Shown in pieces: positions 6,936-15,338 of a stretch of DNA of 24,088 nt. The translations under genes were made by a program, and so were the position numbers. The notes under the pieces are model-generated. The model had not been told where the DNA came from. It did not search any database and saw only the letters and a program-made list of their open reading frames with translations. The first letter of the stretch is position 1. The number at the start of each line of letters is the position of its first letter. Source of the DNA: a virus (Duplodnaviria > Caudoviricetes); IMG/VR virus record IMGVR_UViG_3300011339_000654, positions 1-24,088 of that record. One strand, 5' to 3'.

Positions 6936-8271
6936 CACCGGGGCTCAGGAGCTTGCCGGATATCAGGACTATCTACGGCAGACACTCCCGCCCGGTTGGA
7001 CGGCTGAGGCAAAACACATCAAGGCGATCTGCGAGCATCTGGACGCGGTGCAGCGCGGGGAGATTGACCGGCTGGCAATTCACATGCCTCCGAGGCACGG
7101 CAAGACCGAGACCGGCACCGTGCGGTATGGCGCCTACTGTATGGAGATGGACCCACACAGCAACTCTCTGGTCACGGCGTACAACACAAGCATGGCCCGG
7201 CGATTCAGCCGCAAGACACGCGCCATTGTCCGCGCCAGGACACCGCTATCAAAAGACAACGCGGCGCAGGACGAGTGGAGTATGCCAGAGGGTGGAACCT
7301 TTATGGCGAGGGGCGTTGGCAGCCCTCCGACGGGTGTAGGTTTTCGGCGCATCATCATTGATGACCCTATCCGCCGTCGTGAGGATGCTGAGTCTGAGGT
7401 CTACCGTGAAAAAGCGTGGGACTGGTACACGGACGACCTATACACGCGCGTTGAGCCTGGCGGTGCAATTGTGATGATATGCACACGCTGGCATCATGAC
7501 GACATCGCTGCACGAGCTGTCGCATCCGAGCGGGGGCGCTGGACGGTGCTCAATCTTGCCGCCATATGCGAGGACGAGACAGATGCCATCGGTCGCGTGA
7601 TGGGCGATGCTTTGTGGCCTGAGCGGTACACCGTCGCAGATCTCGAGCGTATCCGGGACGTCATCAAGCAGGACGGCGGCGAGTACGGCTGGTCATCCCT
7701 ATATCAGCAGAACCCGACACCACGAACCGGCGCGTATATCCGTACAGACCGCATCGAGGTTGTGACCGAGCGCCCGCAACTCAAGAGTATGTGCCGTGCC
7801 TGGGACCTTGCATCAACGGCAGGTGGTGGCGACTATACCTGTGGAATCCTGATGGGCATCGATGCCGATGGCTACCTGTGGATACTCGATGCCGTAATGG
7901 GCCAGTATGACCCGGACGAGCGGGACCGCATCATCCGTCAGACAGCCGTACTCGATGGCGTACGCGTACGCATCCGTATGCCGCAAGACCCCGGGCAGGC
8001 AGGCAAGAGTCAACGCTTGCACATGATGCGGCTACTCCAGGGATACTCGGTGGTGACCAAGCCAGTGACGGGCGATAAGACCGTACGCGCTGAGCCGTTC
8101 GCCGCAGCTGTCGCGGGTGGCATGGTCAAGATAACGCGCGGTGAATGGACGTCAAGCATCATGGAGCAATGGCGACAGTTCCCAGTCGGCAAACACGACG
8201 ATGCCGTAGACGCAGCTGCAGACGCGTACAACGAGCTCACTCTCAACTCGCGCTCATGGGGCGCGGTGTAG
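6874..8271 (+). CDS. terL: Terminase large subunit
   Basis: Walker A MPPRHGKT, Walker B IIIDD, TRWH coupling region, YQQNP, nuclease motifs AWDLA/DYT/HDDAVDA. Start codon uncertain (6826 or 6874). Confidence 0.95.
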   Translation: MTRLRLQRFRFSTRQPSPATNTGAQELAGYQDYLRQTLPPGWTAEAKHIKAICEHLDAVQRGEIDRLAIHMPPRHGKTETGTVRYGAYCMEMDPHSNSLVTAYNTSMARRFSRKTRAIVRARTPLSKDNAAQDEWSMPEGGTFMARGVGSPPTGVGFRRIIIDDPIRRREDAESEVYREKAWDWYTDDLYTRVEPGGAIVMICTRWHHDDIAARAVASERGRWTVLNLAAICEDETDAIGRVMGDALWPERYTVADLERIRDVIKQDGGEYGWSSLYQQNPTPRTGAYIRTDRIEVVTERPQLKSMCRAWDLASTAGGGDYTCGILMGIDADGYLWILDAVMGQYDPDERDRIIRQTAVLDGVRVRIRMPQDPGQAGKSQRLHMMRLLQGYSVVTKPVTGDKTVRAEPFAAAVAGGMVKITRGEWTSSIMEQWRQFPVGKHDDAVDAAADAYNELTLNSRSWGAV

Positions 8272-8272
8272 T

Positions 8273-8290
8273 GTCATAATGTGAGCATGG
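8273..8290 (+). promoter_or_regulatory. Putative -10 element 6 nt before the portal start (leaderless-type)
   Basis: GTCATAATGTGAGCATGG, 15/18 identical to 14532-14549; TG extension present. Confidence 0.5.
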
Positions 8291-10191
8291 CCAAGTTATC
8301 GATATTCGACCGCATCCGCTCGTTTGGCACCAAGGCAGTGACACCGGCACCGCTTGATACCGCGCTCCCTGGACCATCGCAGACGCGTCAGAGTACATGG
8401 GGCACTGGTTATGGGGACGGACAGTATCGGTCACTACTGACAGTCCGTCTACCGGAGAGCAACCGCAATTGGCGTGACATTGCTGGTGACCTCATGCTCA
8501 ACAGCGTGGTCGCGATCGGCATCGATTGGTATGTTCGCAATTTCCCACAGGGACAACTCCGCGTGATGCGTCCGACAGCTGATGGGCAAGCGGAGCCAGT
8601 GCCGGACCATCCAATCCTCGCGCTCCTGCGTGACCCTGACCCGTACAGCCAAGCAGTGCCTGGTGAGCTCTGGGACAACATGATTGCCGAGTACCGGGTG
8701 CAAGGCCTGACGTACTTGGTCAAGCGCCGCAATCCGTCGAATGGCATCCCTGGCGCGCTGCAGTCAATCCCGCCTGACATGATTGCGCCGCAAACAGACA
8801 AGGACGGGCGCATTATCAGTTATCGCTACACGGCGTCTGGATGGTCTCGCGATCTGCCGGTCGATGATGTGATTCGCGTCAAGTATGGGCGCGACCCGGA
8901 CGACTGGAAGCTCGGGCGCTCACCATTGACGTCGGTGCTCGCAGAGATTGCCGCTGACAACATGGCGTCGCGCATGGGCTACGGGCTCGCATCGTCCCCG
9001 GTTCCGAGCTTCATCGTTGGGCCACCTGATGGCGACGCGGTGATGATTCAGCCAGAGGACGCGCAGGTGACAAAGAGCGCGCTACAGCAGAACTTCCGCG
9101 GTGACCGCTCCGGCGGTGTTGTTGTCATGCAACAGCCGTATAAGATTGAGCGCGTCGCATGGTCGCCTAAAGACATGGCGCTCGATGACATCAGGCGCAA
9201 GCCAGAGGAGCGCATCTGTGCGGCACTAGGGCTTAACCCACTGGTGCTCCAGTTGGGTTCTGGGCTTGAGCGTGCGACATACTCCAACCTTGACCAGGCG
9301 ACGCGATCTGCGTGGACTGATGGCATGATTCCGCTCTATGCCGCTTTCGCCCGTTCACTCACCGCACAGCTGCTCCCGGACTTCCCGGAGACGCAACCGG
9401 GCGATTATCTCGAGTGGGATACAAGCAACATCCCTGCGCTACAAAGCGACCTTAACGAGGATTCCGAGAGAGCGGAGCGACTGTACAAGGCTGGCATCAT
9501 CGACCAAGCAACCGCGAAGCGCATCAGTGGCATTACGCCTGGAGCAGAGGACGAGGGGCGATACTTCCCAAGTGCTCAACCTGCGCCGATTATTGACATG
9601 TCATCGATGCCGACTGGACAACCAGTGCGCACACCGCAAGAGATTGCCGCACTCGTGACAAGCGCAGGCACGCTTATTCGCTCAGGATTCGCACCAGAGG
9701 CAGCACTCGCAGCTGTCGGCCTCGACCCGATACAGCACCTTGGCTTGCTACCGGTCACGGTCCAGACAGAATCGAAGGCATTGCAACTCGAACCAGGAGA
9801 AGAGCAGGGCCTCAAGTATTACCCGACCGACTCAATGCGGAATGCGGCAAAGCGCGCACTCGCATGGCGTGAGGCCGGCAACAAGGGCGGGACGCTGGTC
9901 GGTTTACGTCGCGCAAATCAACTGGTGAACGGGGACAAGTTGTCGGAAGACACCATCCTCCGGATGCACTCGTTTTTCAGCAGGCACGAAGTCGACAAGC
10001 AAGCCGAAGGTTTTCATTCAGGTGAGCCGGGATTCCCGAGTCCTGGTCGCGTGGCGTGGGACCTCTGGGGCGGTGACAGCGGGCAGAGTTGGGCGCGCAA
10101 CCTTGCACGCAAGATTGTAGACCAAGCAGACGAGACTAAGAGCGCGACACACCCCGTATATGGATGGGAGCTCGATGCCGACACTCTATGA
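8287..10191 (+). CDS. Portal protein (HK97-like) with C-terminal extra domains
   Basis: Follows terL; GRSPL, SPKDM, EERICAALGLNP, ATYSN motifs; about 200-aa extension beyond the portal core. Confidence 0.92.
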   Translation: MAKLSIFDRIRSFGTKAVTPAPLDTALPGPSQTRQSTWGTGYGDGQYRSLLTVRLPESNRNWRDIAGDLMLNSVVAIGIDWYVRNFPQGQLRVMRPTADGQAEPVPDHPILALLRDPDPYSQAVPGELWDNMIAEYRVQGLTYLVKRRNPSNGIPGALQSIPPDMIAPQTDKDGRIISYRYTASGWSRDLPVDDVIRVKYGRDPDDWKLGRSPLTSVLAEIAADNMASRMGYGLASSPVPSFIVGPPDGDAVMIQPEDAQVTKSALQQNFRGDRSGGVVVMQQPYKIERVAWSPKDMALDDIRRKPEERICAALGLNPLVLQLGSGLERATYSNLDQATRSAWTDGMIPLYAAFARSLTAQLLPDFPETQPGDYLEWDTSNIPALQSDLNEDSERAERLYKAGIIDQATAKRISGITPGAEDEGRYFPSAQPAPIIDMSSMPTGQPVRTPQEIAALVTSAGTLIRSGFAPEAALAAVGLDPIQHLGLLPVTVQTESKALQLEPGEEQGLKYYPTDSMRNAAKRALAWREAGNKGGTLVGLRRANQLVNGDKLSEDTILRMHSFFSRHEVDKQAEGFHSGEPGFPSPGRVAWDLWGGDSGQSWARNLARKIVDQADETKSATHPVYGWELDADTL

Positions 10192-11206
10192 GGTTGCCGA
10201 GGTTTACCGCCAGAGGATGCTCCGGCGTGAGGCGTCGATAGTCAAGGAGATACGCGACACATACATGGACAGCATGTCCGATGTGCTTGCGCGTCTATCC
10301 GCCGTGACAAAAGCCATCGAGGACGAGCTGGTGAGCGAGGGCGTACTGATCTCTGACCGACTCGACCTTTTGCAGATGTACCAAGAGCGCCTGGAGTCTC
10401 TCGCCGAGCAGATGGGCGCAAAGGTCACGGAGTACGGCATCGATGCCGCCAAGCGTGCGACAGACGCGCAGCGTGGTGGGTTGCAACTTGCGCTTGACAT
10501 GCAGACCGACCCAATCAGACCCGGCATGGGATTGCCAACGAATGTCTCAATCTCGAGCGTGTGGAACGCCGTCGATGAGCAGGGTGTGGAGTTCGCTCTC
10601 GGTTTTGCCGCTGATGGTTCACCACTTGGCGACCTATACGCCGCCATCGGCCCGGATATGTCTAAGCGTGTCGCATCCGCCGTGGCGCAAGGGTTCCACC
10701 CGTACAAACTCGCAAAGATTCTCAGCGACACATACACCGTGCTTGCTCCGGCAAGAGCGGAAACCATCGCACGCACTGAGATGATACGAGCTGCGCGCGA
10801 GGGCACACGTGCCGCCATGCTCGCGAACCAGGACATCATCAAGGGTTATCAGCGTGTATGTGCCGGAGATCAGCGCGTATGCGTCGTTTGCTGGGCTCTA
10901 CATGGTCAGACGTGGCCACTCGACAAGCCGGTTGCGTCACACCCGAACTGTCGGTGTACCATCATCCCGATACTCCTCTCCTACGAGGAGTTAACGGGCA
11001 ATCCGGGCGGTTTACCGTCACCGATGGCGCCTGACCGCGAGGACCTTTTCGGACAACTGACACAACAAGAGCAGCTCGAAGTGCTCGGGCCGATGCGGTA
11101 TAGGTTATGGCAGGCTGGCCTACCATTGGAAAAAATGGGCCGCGTGCGTCAAGATACACAGTGGGGACCGGTCGCACAAACGATACCGGTGAGGGAGTTA
11201 GTCTAA
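10175..11206 (+). CDS. Head morphogenesis protein (MuF / SPP1 gp7-like)
   Basis: RAETIARTE, CVVC..LHG and HPNCRC motifs; GGGAG before ATG 10175. Confidence 0.9.
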   Translation: MPTLYEVAEVYRQRMLRREASIVKEIRDTYMDSMSDVLARLSAVTKAIEDELVSEGVLISDRLDLLQMYQERLESLAEQMGAKVTEYGIDAAKRATDAQRGGLQLALDMQTDPIRPGMGLPTNVSISSVWNAVDEQGVEFALGFAADGSPLGDLYAAIGPDMSKRVASAVAQGFHPYKLAKILSDTYTVLAPARAETIARTEMIRAAREGTRAAMLANQDIIKGYQRVCAGDQRVCVVCWALHGQTWPLDKPVASHPNCRCTIIPILLSYEELTGNPGGLPSPMAPDREDLFGQLTQQEQLEVLGPMRYRLWQAGLPLEKMGRVRQDTQWGPVAQTIPVRELV

Positions 11207-12252
11207 TGCCGGAGATGATCTACATCGGGGACGAGGTCAAAAGCACGCCAGACGGGCGCGTCCGTGGTTACCTCCTGCGCTTTGACGGTGCCAATGGTGC
11301 CGACGTCGCGGGCGATTTCTTCACCCCCGAAACGGACTTTGGTCGACCGATTGACAAGCTCAACGGTATGGCGATTAACCTTTATTACCATCATGGGTTT
11401 GATGAAGCCATCGGTAAAAAGGACATTGGCTACGGCACCATCAACGTTGACGAAAAGGGCATGTGGCTTGACGCTCAACTCAAGATGAGCGAAGAGTACG
11501 CCGATAAGATTGCACAGCTGGTCAAGATGGGCAAGTTGGCATATTCGAGCGGAGCCGCCTCTCACCTGGTCGAGCGCAAGCAAATGCCGGATGGTCGGTT
11601 TATGGTCACACGCTGGCCAATCGGTGAGGCATCATTGACACCAACGCCTGCCGAACCGCGCAACTTTGTGAAGTCGCTCATGGAAGAGACCAAGGATGAT
11701 GGCATGGGTGAGGATATGGGCGAAGGCATGGGCGAGATGGAGACCGAAGCGCCGGACGTTGTTGTCGTCACGGACGTTGCGGAATACATCAGCGAGCTCT
11801 ACGCCAATGCCGAACAGGATATGTTTAGCCAGGCTCTGCACTCGCTCTACTGCGTTCTGACAAGTGGTATGCACGAGATCTACGAATCCGGGATGCCAGT
11901 CGCACAATACATTCCTGCGCTAGTTGACGAGTTTGCTCGCCGCGCGAAAGACCTTGCATCCAAGGTCGAGACCATGAGCGAGGATGAGCTCAAGTCACTG
12001 CAGACAATCGGACGACGGGCGGCACGCCCGGCATCCGTACGAGATGTTGAGGGTCGCTTGCGGGATGCATTGCGACTGTCACGGGAGGAGGCTAAGCGTC
12101 TCTCTCCAACCGTCTGGGAATCGATGCGGGATGCATCGACACAGGACGAAACCAAATCGACGACACCAAGCACGCCGGTAGTTGAAAAGAATCCGGATGC
12201 ACTGAGCACAATAGACCGGCGAGCGCTCCTGCTCTCGCTGTTGGAGGACTAA
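11206..12252 (+). CDS. Prohead maturation protease (HK97-like) with C-terminal helical extension
   Basis: GRVRGY..RF...D..GDFF, LYYHH, YSSGA, EASLTPTPAEPR; TAATG overlap. Confidence 0.88.
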   Translation: MPEMIYIGDEVKSTPDGRVRGYLLRFDGANGADVAGDFFTPETDFGRPIDKLNGMAINLYYHHGFDEAIGKKDIGYGTINVDEKGMWLDAQLKMSEEYADKIAQLVKMGKLAYSSGAASHLVERKQMPDGRFMVTRWPIGEASLTPTPAEPRNFVKSLMEETKDDGMGEDMGEGMGEMETEAPDVVVVTDVAEYISELYANAEQDMFSQALHSLYCVLTSGMHEIYESGMPVAQYIPALVDEFARRAKDLASKVETMSEDELKSLQTIGRRAARPASVRDVEGRLRDALRLSREEAKRLSPTVWESMRDASTQDETKSTTPSTPVVEKNPDALSTIDRRALLLSLLED

Positions 12253-13565
12253 TGTCCAAGATCGAACGATTCGCAGTCGAAGAGTCGCAGTACAAATCTG
12301 CACTCATCGAGTTGCTCAACCAGCCACACTGTGACGACGCTGAAGTAAAGCGCGTCAAGGATGCATACGAAGCCGCTAAGGACCGCCACGAGCTCGCAAA
12401 GACTCTCCTCGTGTCCAAGTCCGAGCCAGAGGTCAAGGCATGGGAGCGCGGACACTACGGCCCGCTGCCATTCGCCGGCAACACTCGTGCTGAAAAGGCA
12501 TTTGAAGCATACAAGATGGGCTCATTCATCCTTGCGATGAATGGCAACGAGTATGCCGACCGCTGGTGCCGTGACCACATGGGCGTCGACGCAAAAGCCA
12601 TCAAGGCGATGACCGAGACGACTCCTGGTGCTGGTGGATATGCTGTCCCAACCATCGTGCAGGAGACCTTGGTCTACCTCCGTGAAAAGGCATCCGTGAT
12701 GCGCCAGTATGCGCGTGTATGGCCGATGAAGAGCAACGCGCTCAACATCCCTATCCTCTCCGGATCTGTCACGGCTAACTGGTACGCTGACGCAGCTGCA
12801 ATTACTCCAAGCGATGGCACGCTGACACAGGCATCCTTGACCGCGAAGAAGCTTGCCGCACTGACTGTTATCTCGTCCGAACTTGACGAGGATGCAGTTG
12901 TCGCGATTGGCTCCTACGTGGCTGCTGACATGGCGAACAAGCTCGGCCACGAAGAAGACCGCGTATGTTTCAACGGCACCGGTATTGCTGGTGACGGTGG
13001 CATTACTGGCGTAATGCAGTACATCTATGCACTGTCTGGCACCAAGGCTAACATCGCATCCCTCGTTGTCGCACCAACTGGATCTGTTGGTACTCCATCT
13101 ACGATGACGCTCGCTACATGGCAAAGTGGATATGGCAAACTTCCTGTGTACGCACAGGACACCGCGGCGCTCTACTGCCACAAGACATTGTTCTACTCCT
13201 ACATCGCGGACAAGCTGGTCACCCTTGGTGGCAACTCCTATAGCGCGCTTGCGATGGGTGTAGGCAAGGAGCCTGAGTTCCTTGGATACCCTGTCCGCTT
13301 TGTTCAGGACATGCCTGCAACGCTTACGGCCAACCAGCCATTTGCGGTGTTCGGTGCACTTGACAAGGGATGTGCATTCGGCGACAAGCGCGGACTCAAC
13401 GTCCAAACATCGTACGAGCGCTACTTTGATCAGGACGCAGTCGCTATCCGTGCGACCGAGCGCTTTGGTTTCTCGGGCGCCATTGATCCGGGTAACGTTG
13501 CCGCTCCTGGGCCTGCTTCACAGTTCCCTGGTTCCGTCATCGTTTTTGCCGCAGGCATCAGCTAG
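12252..13565 (+). CDS. Major capsid protein (HK97 fold)
   Basis: GGYAVP, KKLAALTVISSEL, FNGTG, LGYPV, FDQDAVAIRATER; N-terminal helical scaffold-like region. Confidence 0.95.
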   Translation: MSKIERFAVEESQYKSALIELLNQPHCDDAEVKRVKDAYEAAKDRHELAKTLLVSKSEPEVKAWERGHYGPLPFAGNTRAEKAFEAYKMGSFILAMNGNEYADRWCRDHMGVDAKAIKAMTETTPGAGGYAVPTIVQETLVYLREKASVMRQYARVWPMKSNALNIPILSGSVTANWYADAAAITPSDGTLTQASLTAKKLAALTVISSELDEDAVVAIGSYVAADMANKLGHEEDRVCFNGTGIAGDGGITGVMQYIYALSGTKANIASLVVAPTGSVGTPSTMTLATWQSGYGKLPVYAQDTAALYCHKTLFYSYIADKLVTLGGNSYSALAMGVGKEPEFLGYPVRFVQDMPATLTANQPFAVFGALDKGCAFGDKRGLNVQTSYERYFDQDAVAIRATERFGFSGAIDPGNVAAPGPASQFPGSVIVFAAGIS

Positions 13566-13587
13566 TCCTCGCGGTTTGTTCACTCTC

Positions 13588-13624
13588 GGGGAGTGGGGCA
13601 GCTGCTCCACTCCCTTATTTGTTT
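13588..13624 (+). terminator. Rho-independent terminator after the capsid gene
   Basis: GGGAGTGGGGC-agct-GCTCCACTCCC stem followed by TTATTTGTTT. Confidence 0.75.
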
Positions 13625-13634
13625 GGAGGCATGC

Positions 13635-14111
13635 ATGACACGTACCGAGGCATTGCTCGAGGTCGCGCGCAACTGCGCATCAGACCAATATCCTGAGCTC
13701 GATAGCAGCGACCTTGCGGCGCTCGTGGACAAGTGGCAGGGATATACAGTGTGGACCGCCAGCACCGCCTACGTGGTTGGCGACAAGGTCATTCCTACCG
13801 TATCCAATGGGCGCATCTATCTCTGCATCATTGCTGGCACGTCCGACACTGTCGAACCAGGTTGGCCAGACTATGTCACGCAGCCATACTACGCAATCGG
13901 TGATGGCCAAGATTTAGAGTGGCAAGACATCGGGCCTGCTCCAGTACAGTACGACGTAATGTCCGCCAGCCGTGAGGGATGGCTACTCAAGGCGTCACGC
14001 GCAGCCGGGCTCGTCAATGTCACTGATGGCGCCGTGTCGGCATCGATTGGCTCACTCCAAGACAAGTGCATCCGGCAGGCGTCGCGCTTCCTATCGATGA
14101 GGATTTTGTAG
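13635..14111 (+). CDS. Putative head-tail adaptor with inserted carbohydrate-binding-like module
   Basis: SD GGAGG; position after capsid; helical ends flanking WTASTAYVVGDKV...NGRIYLC..AGTS...EP.WP. Confidence 0.6.
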   Translation: MTRTEALLEVARNCASDQYPELDSSDLAALVDKWQGYTVWTASTAYVVGDKVIPTVSNGRIYLCIIAGTSDTVEPGWPDYVTQPYYAIGDGQDLEWQDIGPAPVQYDVMSASREGWLLKASRAAGLVNVTDGAVSASIGSLQDKCIRQASRFLSMRIL

Positions 14112-14494
14112 TGATACCGCAAGGGCTCCTCAACAACCTGCGCGCCGGCCTGTCACAGTATGTCGGCTCCGAATACCTAGACGTGTATCGGTGGACTCCT
14201 GACAATGACGGCATGGGCGGAGTTATCACCGTATGGCGCAAGGTTGCAACCATCAAGGCAACGGTACGAGCTGGCGTCGACACCGAGCTAGTGACAGCTG
14301 ACGCGATGCAACCGGAGGGCGCATGGATTATGACGTGCGGGTATGGTTCGGATATTGAGATCGAGGACCGCGTATATCGCGAAGGGCAGACACCTTGGGC
14401 TGCTGGTGAATACTGGGAGGTTGCAGGCGAAGACCAAGGACACAGCGATGCGGTGACGCTGACTATTAACTTGCGTCATCATGTCAATGGATAA
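14111..14494 (+). CDS. Head-closure (stopper) protein
   Basis: TAGTG overlap; DGMGG....W..VAT..A and DI...DRV pattern typical of SPP1 gp16-like proteins. Confidence 0.75.
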   Translation: MIPQGLLNNLRAGLSQYVGSEYLDVYRWTPDNDGMGGVITVWRKVATIKATVRAGVDTELVTADAMQPEGAWIMTCGYGSDIEIEDRVYREGQTPWAAGEYWEVAGEDQGHSDAVTLTINLRHHVNG

Positions 14495-14531
14495 TCAACG
14501 CACTCGCCGAGGGTAACCATGGACATACGGG

Positions 14532-14549
14532 GTCATAATGCAGGCATGG
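14532..14549 (+). promoter_or_regulatory. Putative -10 element 6 nt before the holin-like gene (leaderless-type)
   Basis: GTCATAATGCAGGCATGG in one of the few intergenic gaps. Confidence 0.5.
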
Positions 14550-14866
14550 ACAGCAATCAATCCATCAACATTCAGCAGCTCATTGCGGGTTTTGTCGGCG
14601 CGGTCATTATGGTGCTGCGTTCGCCTGCGGAACGCTCAATCGGGACCAATATCGCGAGCGTCATAGCAGGCACAGCGAGTGCAACTTACTTGACACCGCT
14701 CCTGGGGAAAATGCTCAATCAGACTGATCCGAACTATCTGCTAGGGTTCGCATTCTTACTGGGTGTACTTGGTTTACGTGGAATTGAATTGATTGCAGAC
14801 TGGGCCGGGCTAGACGGCAAGCCCGGGGTCAACGGTAAAAAGATTATTGACGGAGTAACAAAGTGA
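14546..14866 (+). CDS. Putative holin (about 3 TM helices)
   Basis: Hydrophobic segments LIAGFVGAVIMVL, IASVIAGTASATYLTPLL and YLLGFAFLLGVLGL; charged C-terminus. Confidence 0.65.
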   Translation: MDSNQSINIQQLIAGFVGAVIMVLRSPAERSIGTNIASVIAGTASATYLTPLLGKMLNQTDPNYLLGFAFLLGVLGLRGIELIADWAGLDGKPGVNGKKIIDGVTK

Positions 14867-15114
14867 ACAGCATATCCATATCTAGACTTGTCGTCGTCGT
14901 CCTGATCGCCTTCGTCGCGAGCTTCTCGACAGTATTCGGTGATGGTGTACGCACGGCTGAAGCACACGACATCTCCGAGCTTGGCGCAGTGATGGCACTG
15001 TACGGGTCTAAGGCTGTTGCGGCTGGTGTCTCTGCTGCGATGAGTGCTGCGCTTGGATTCCTCACGATGCCGTTCAAGGGTACGAATGCGAACAGTCTGA
15101 AGGTGGGCAAATGA
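14863..15114 (+). CDS. Small membrane protein (holin/antiholin-like)
   Basis: GTGA overlap, GGAG upstream; two hydrophobic segments and a basic tail. Confidence 0.6.
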   Translation: MNSISISRLVVVVLIAFVASFSTVFGDGVRTAEAHDISELGAVMALYGSKAVAAGVSAAMSAALGFLTMPFKGTNANSLKVGK

Positions 15115-15338
15115 ATATCCAAAACTTTCGTATGGAGCCAAATCCTGCCGTCCCCGGCGATTGGATTATTTTTGGCGATATTTACGATAATGAAGGCAAC
15201 CTGCTCGGCACATACGGCCCTGATGGAACTTCAGTATTTACGTGGTGGAATCAACAGGATGCAGGATTTCAACAGAATTACGCTCAACTTTTTAGCACTG
15301 TAATGGCTCAAGAAATCGTAAATGGGACGGCTGAATAA
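15111..15338 (+). CDS. Hypothetical protein
   Basis: ATGA overlap upstream and TAATG coupling to the fibre gene. Confidence 0.75.
   Translation: MNIQNFRMEPNPAVPGDWIIFGDIYDNEGNLLGTYGPDGTSVFTWWNQQDAGFQQNYAQLFSTVMAQEIVNGTAE

Noticed and set aside
12522-13406. 294-aa antisense ORF within the capsid gene
   Set aside because: Typical antisense shadow of a codon-biased, GC-rich gene, with no motif. The same applies to the other minus-strand ORFs.
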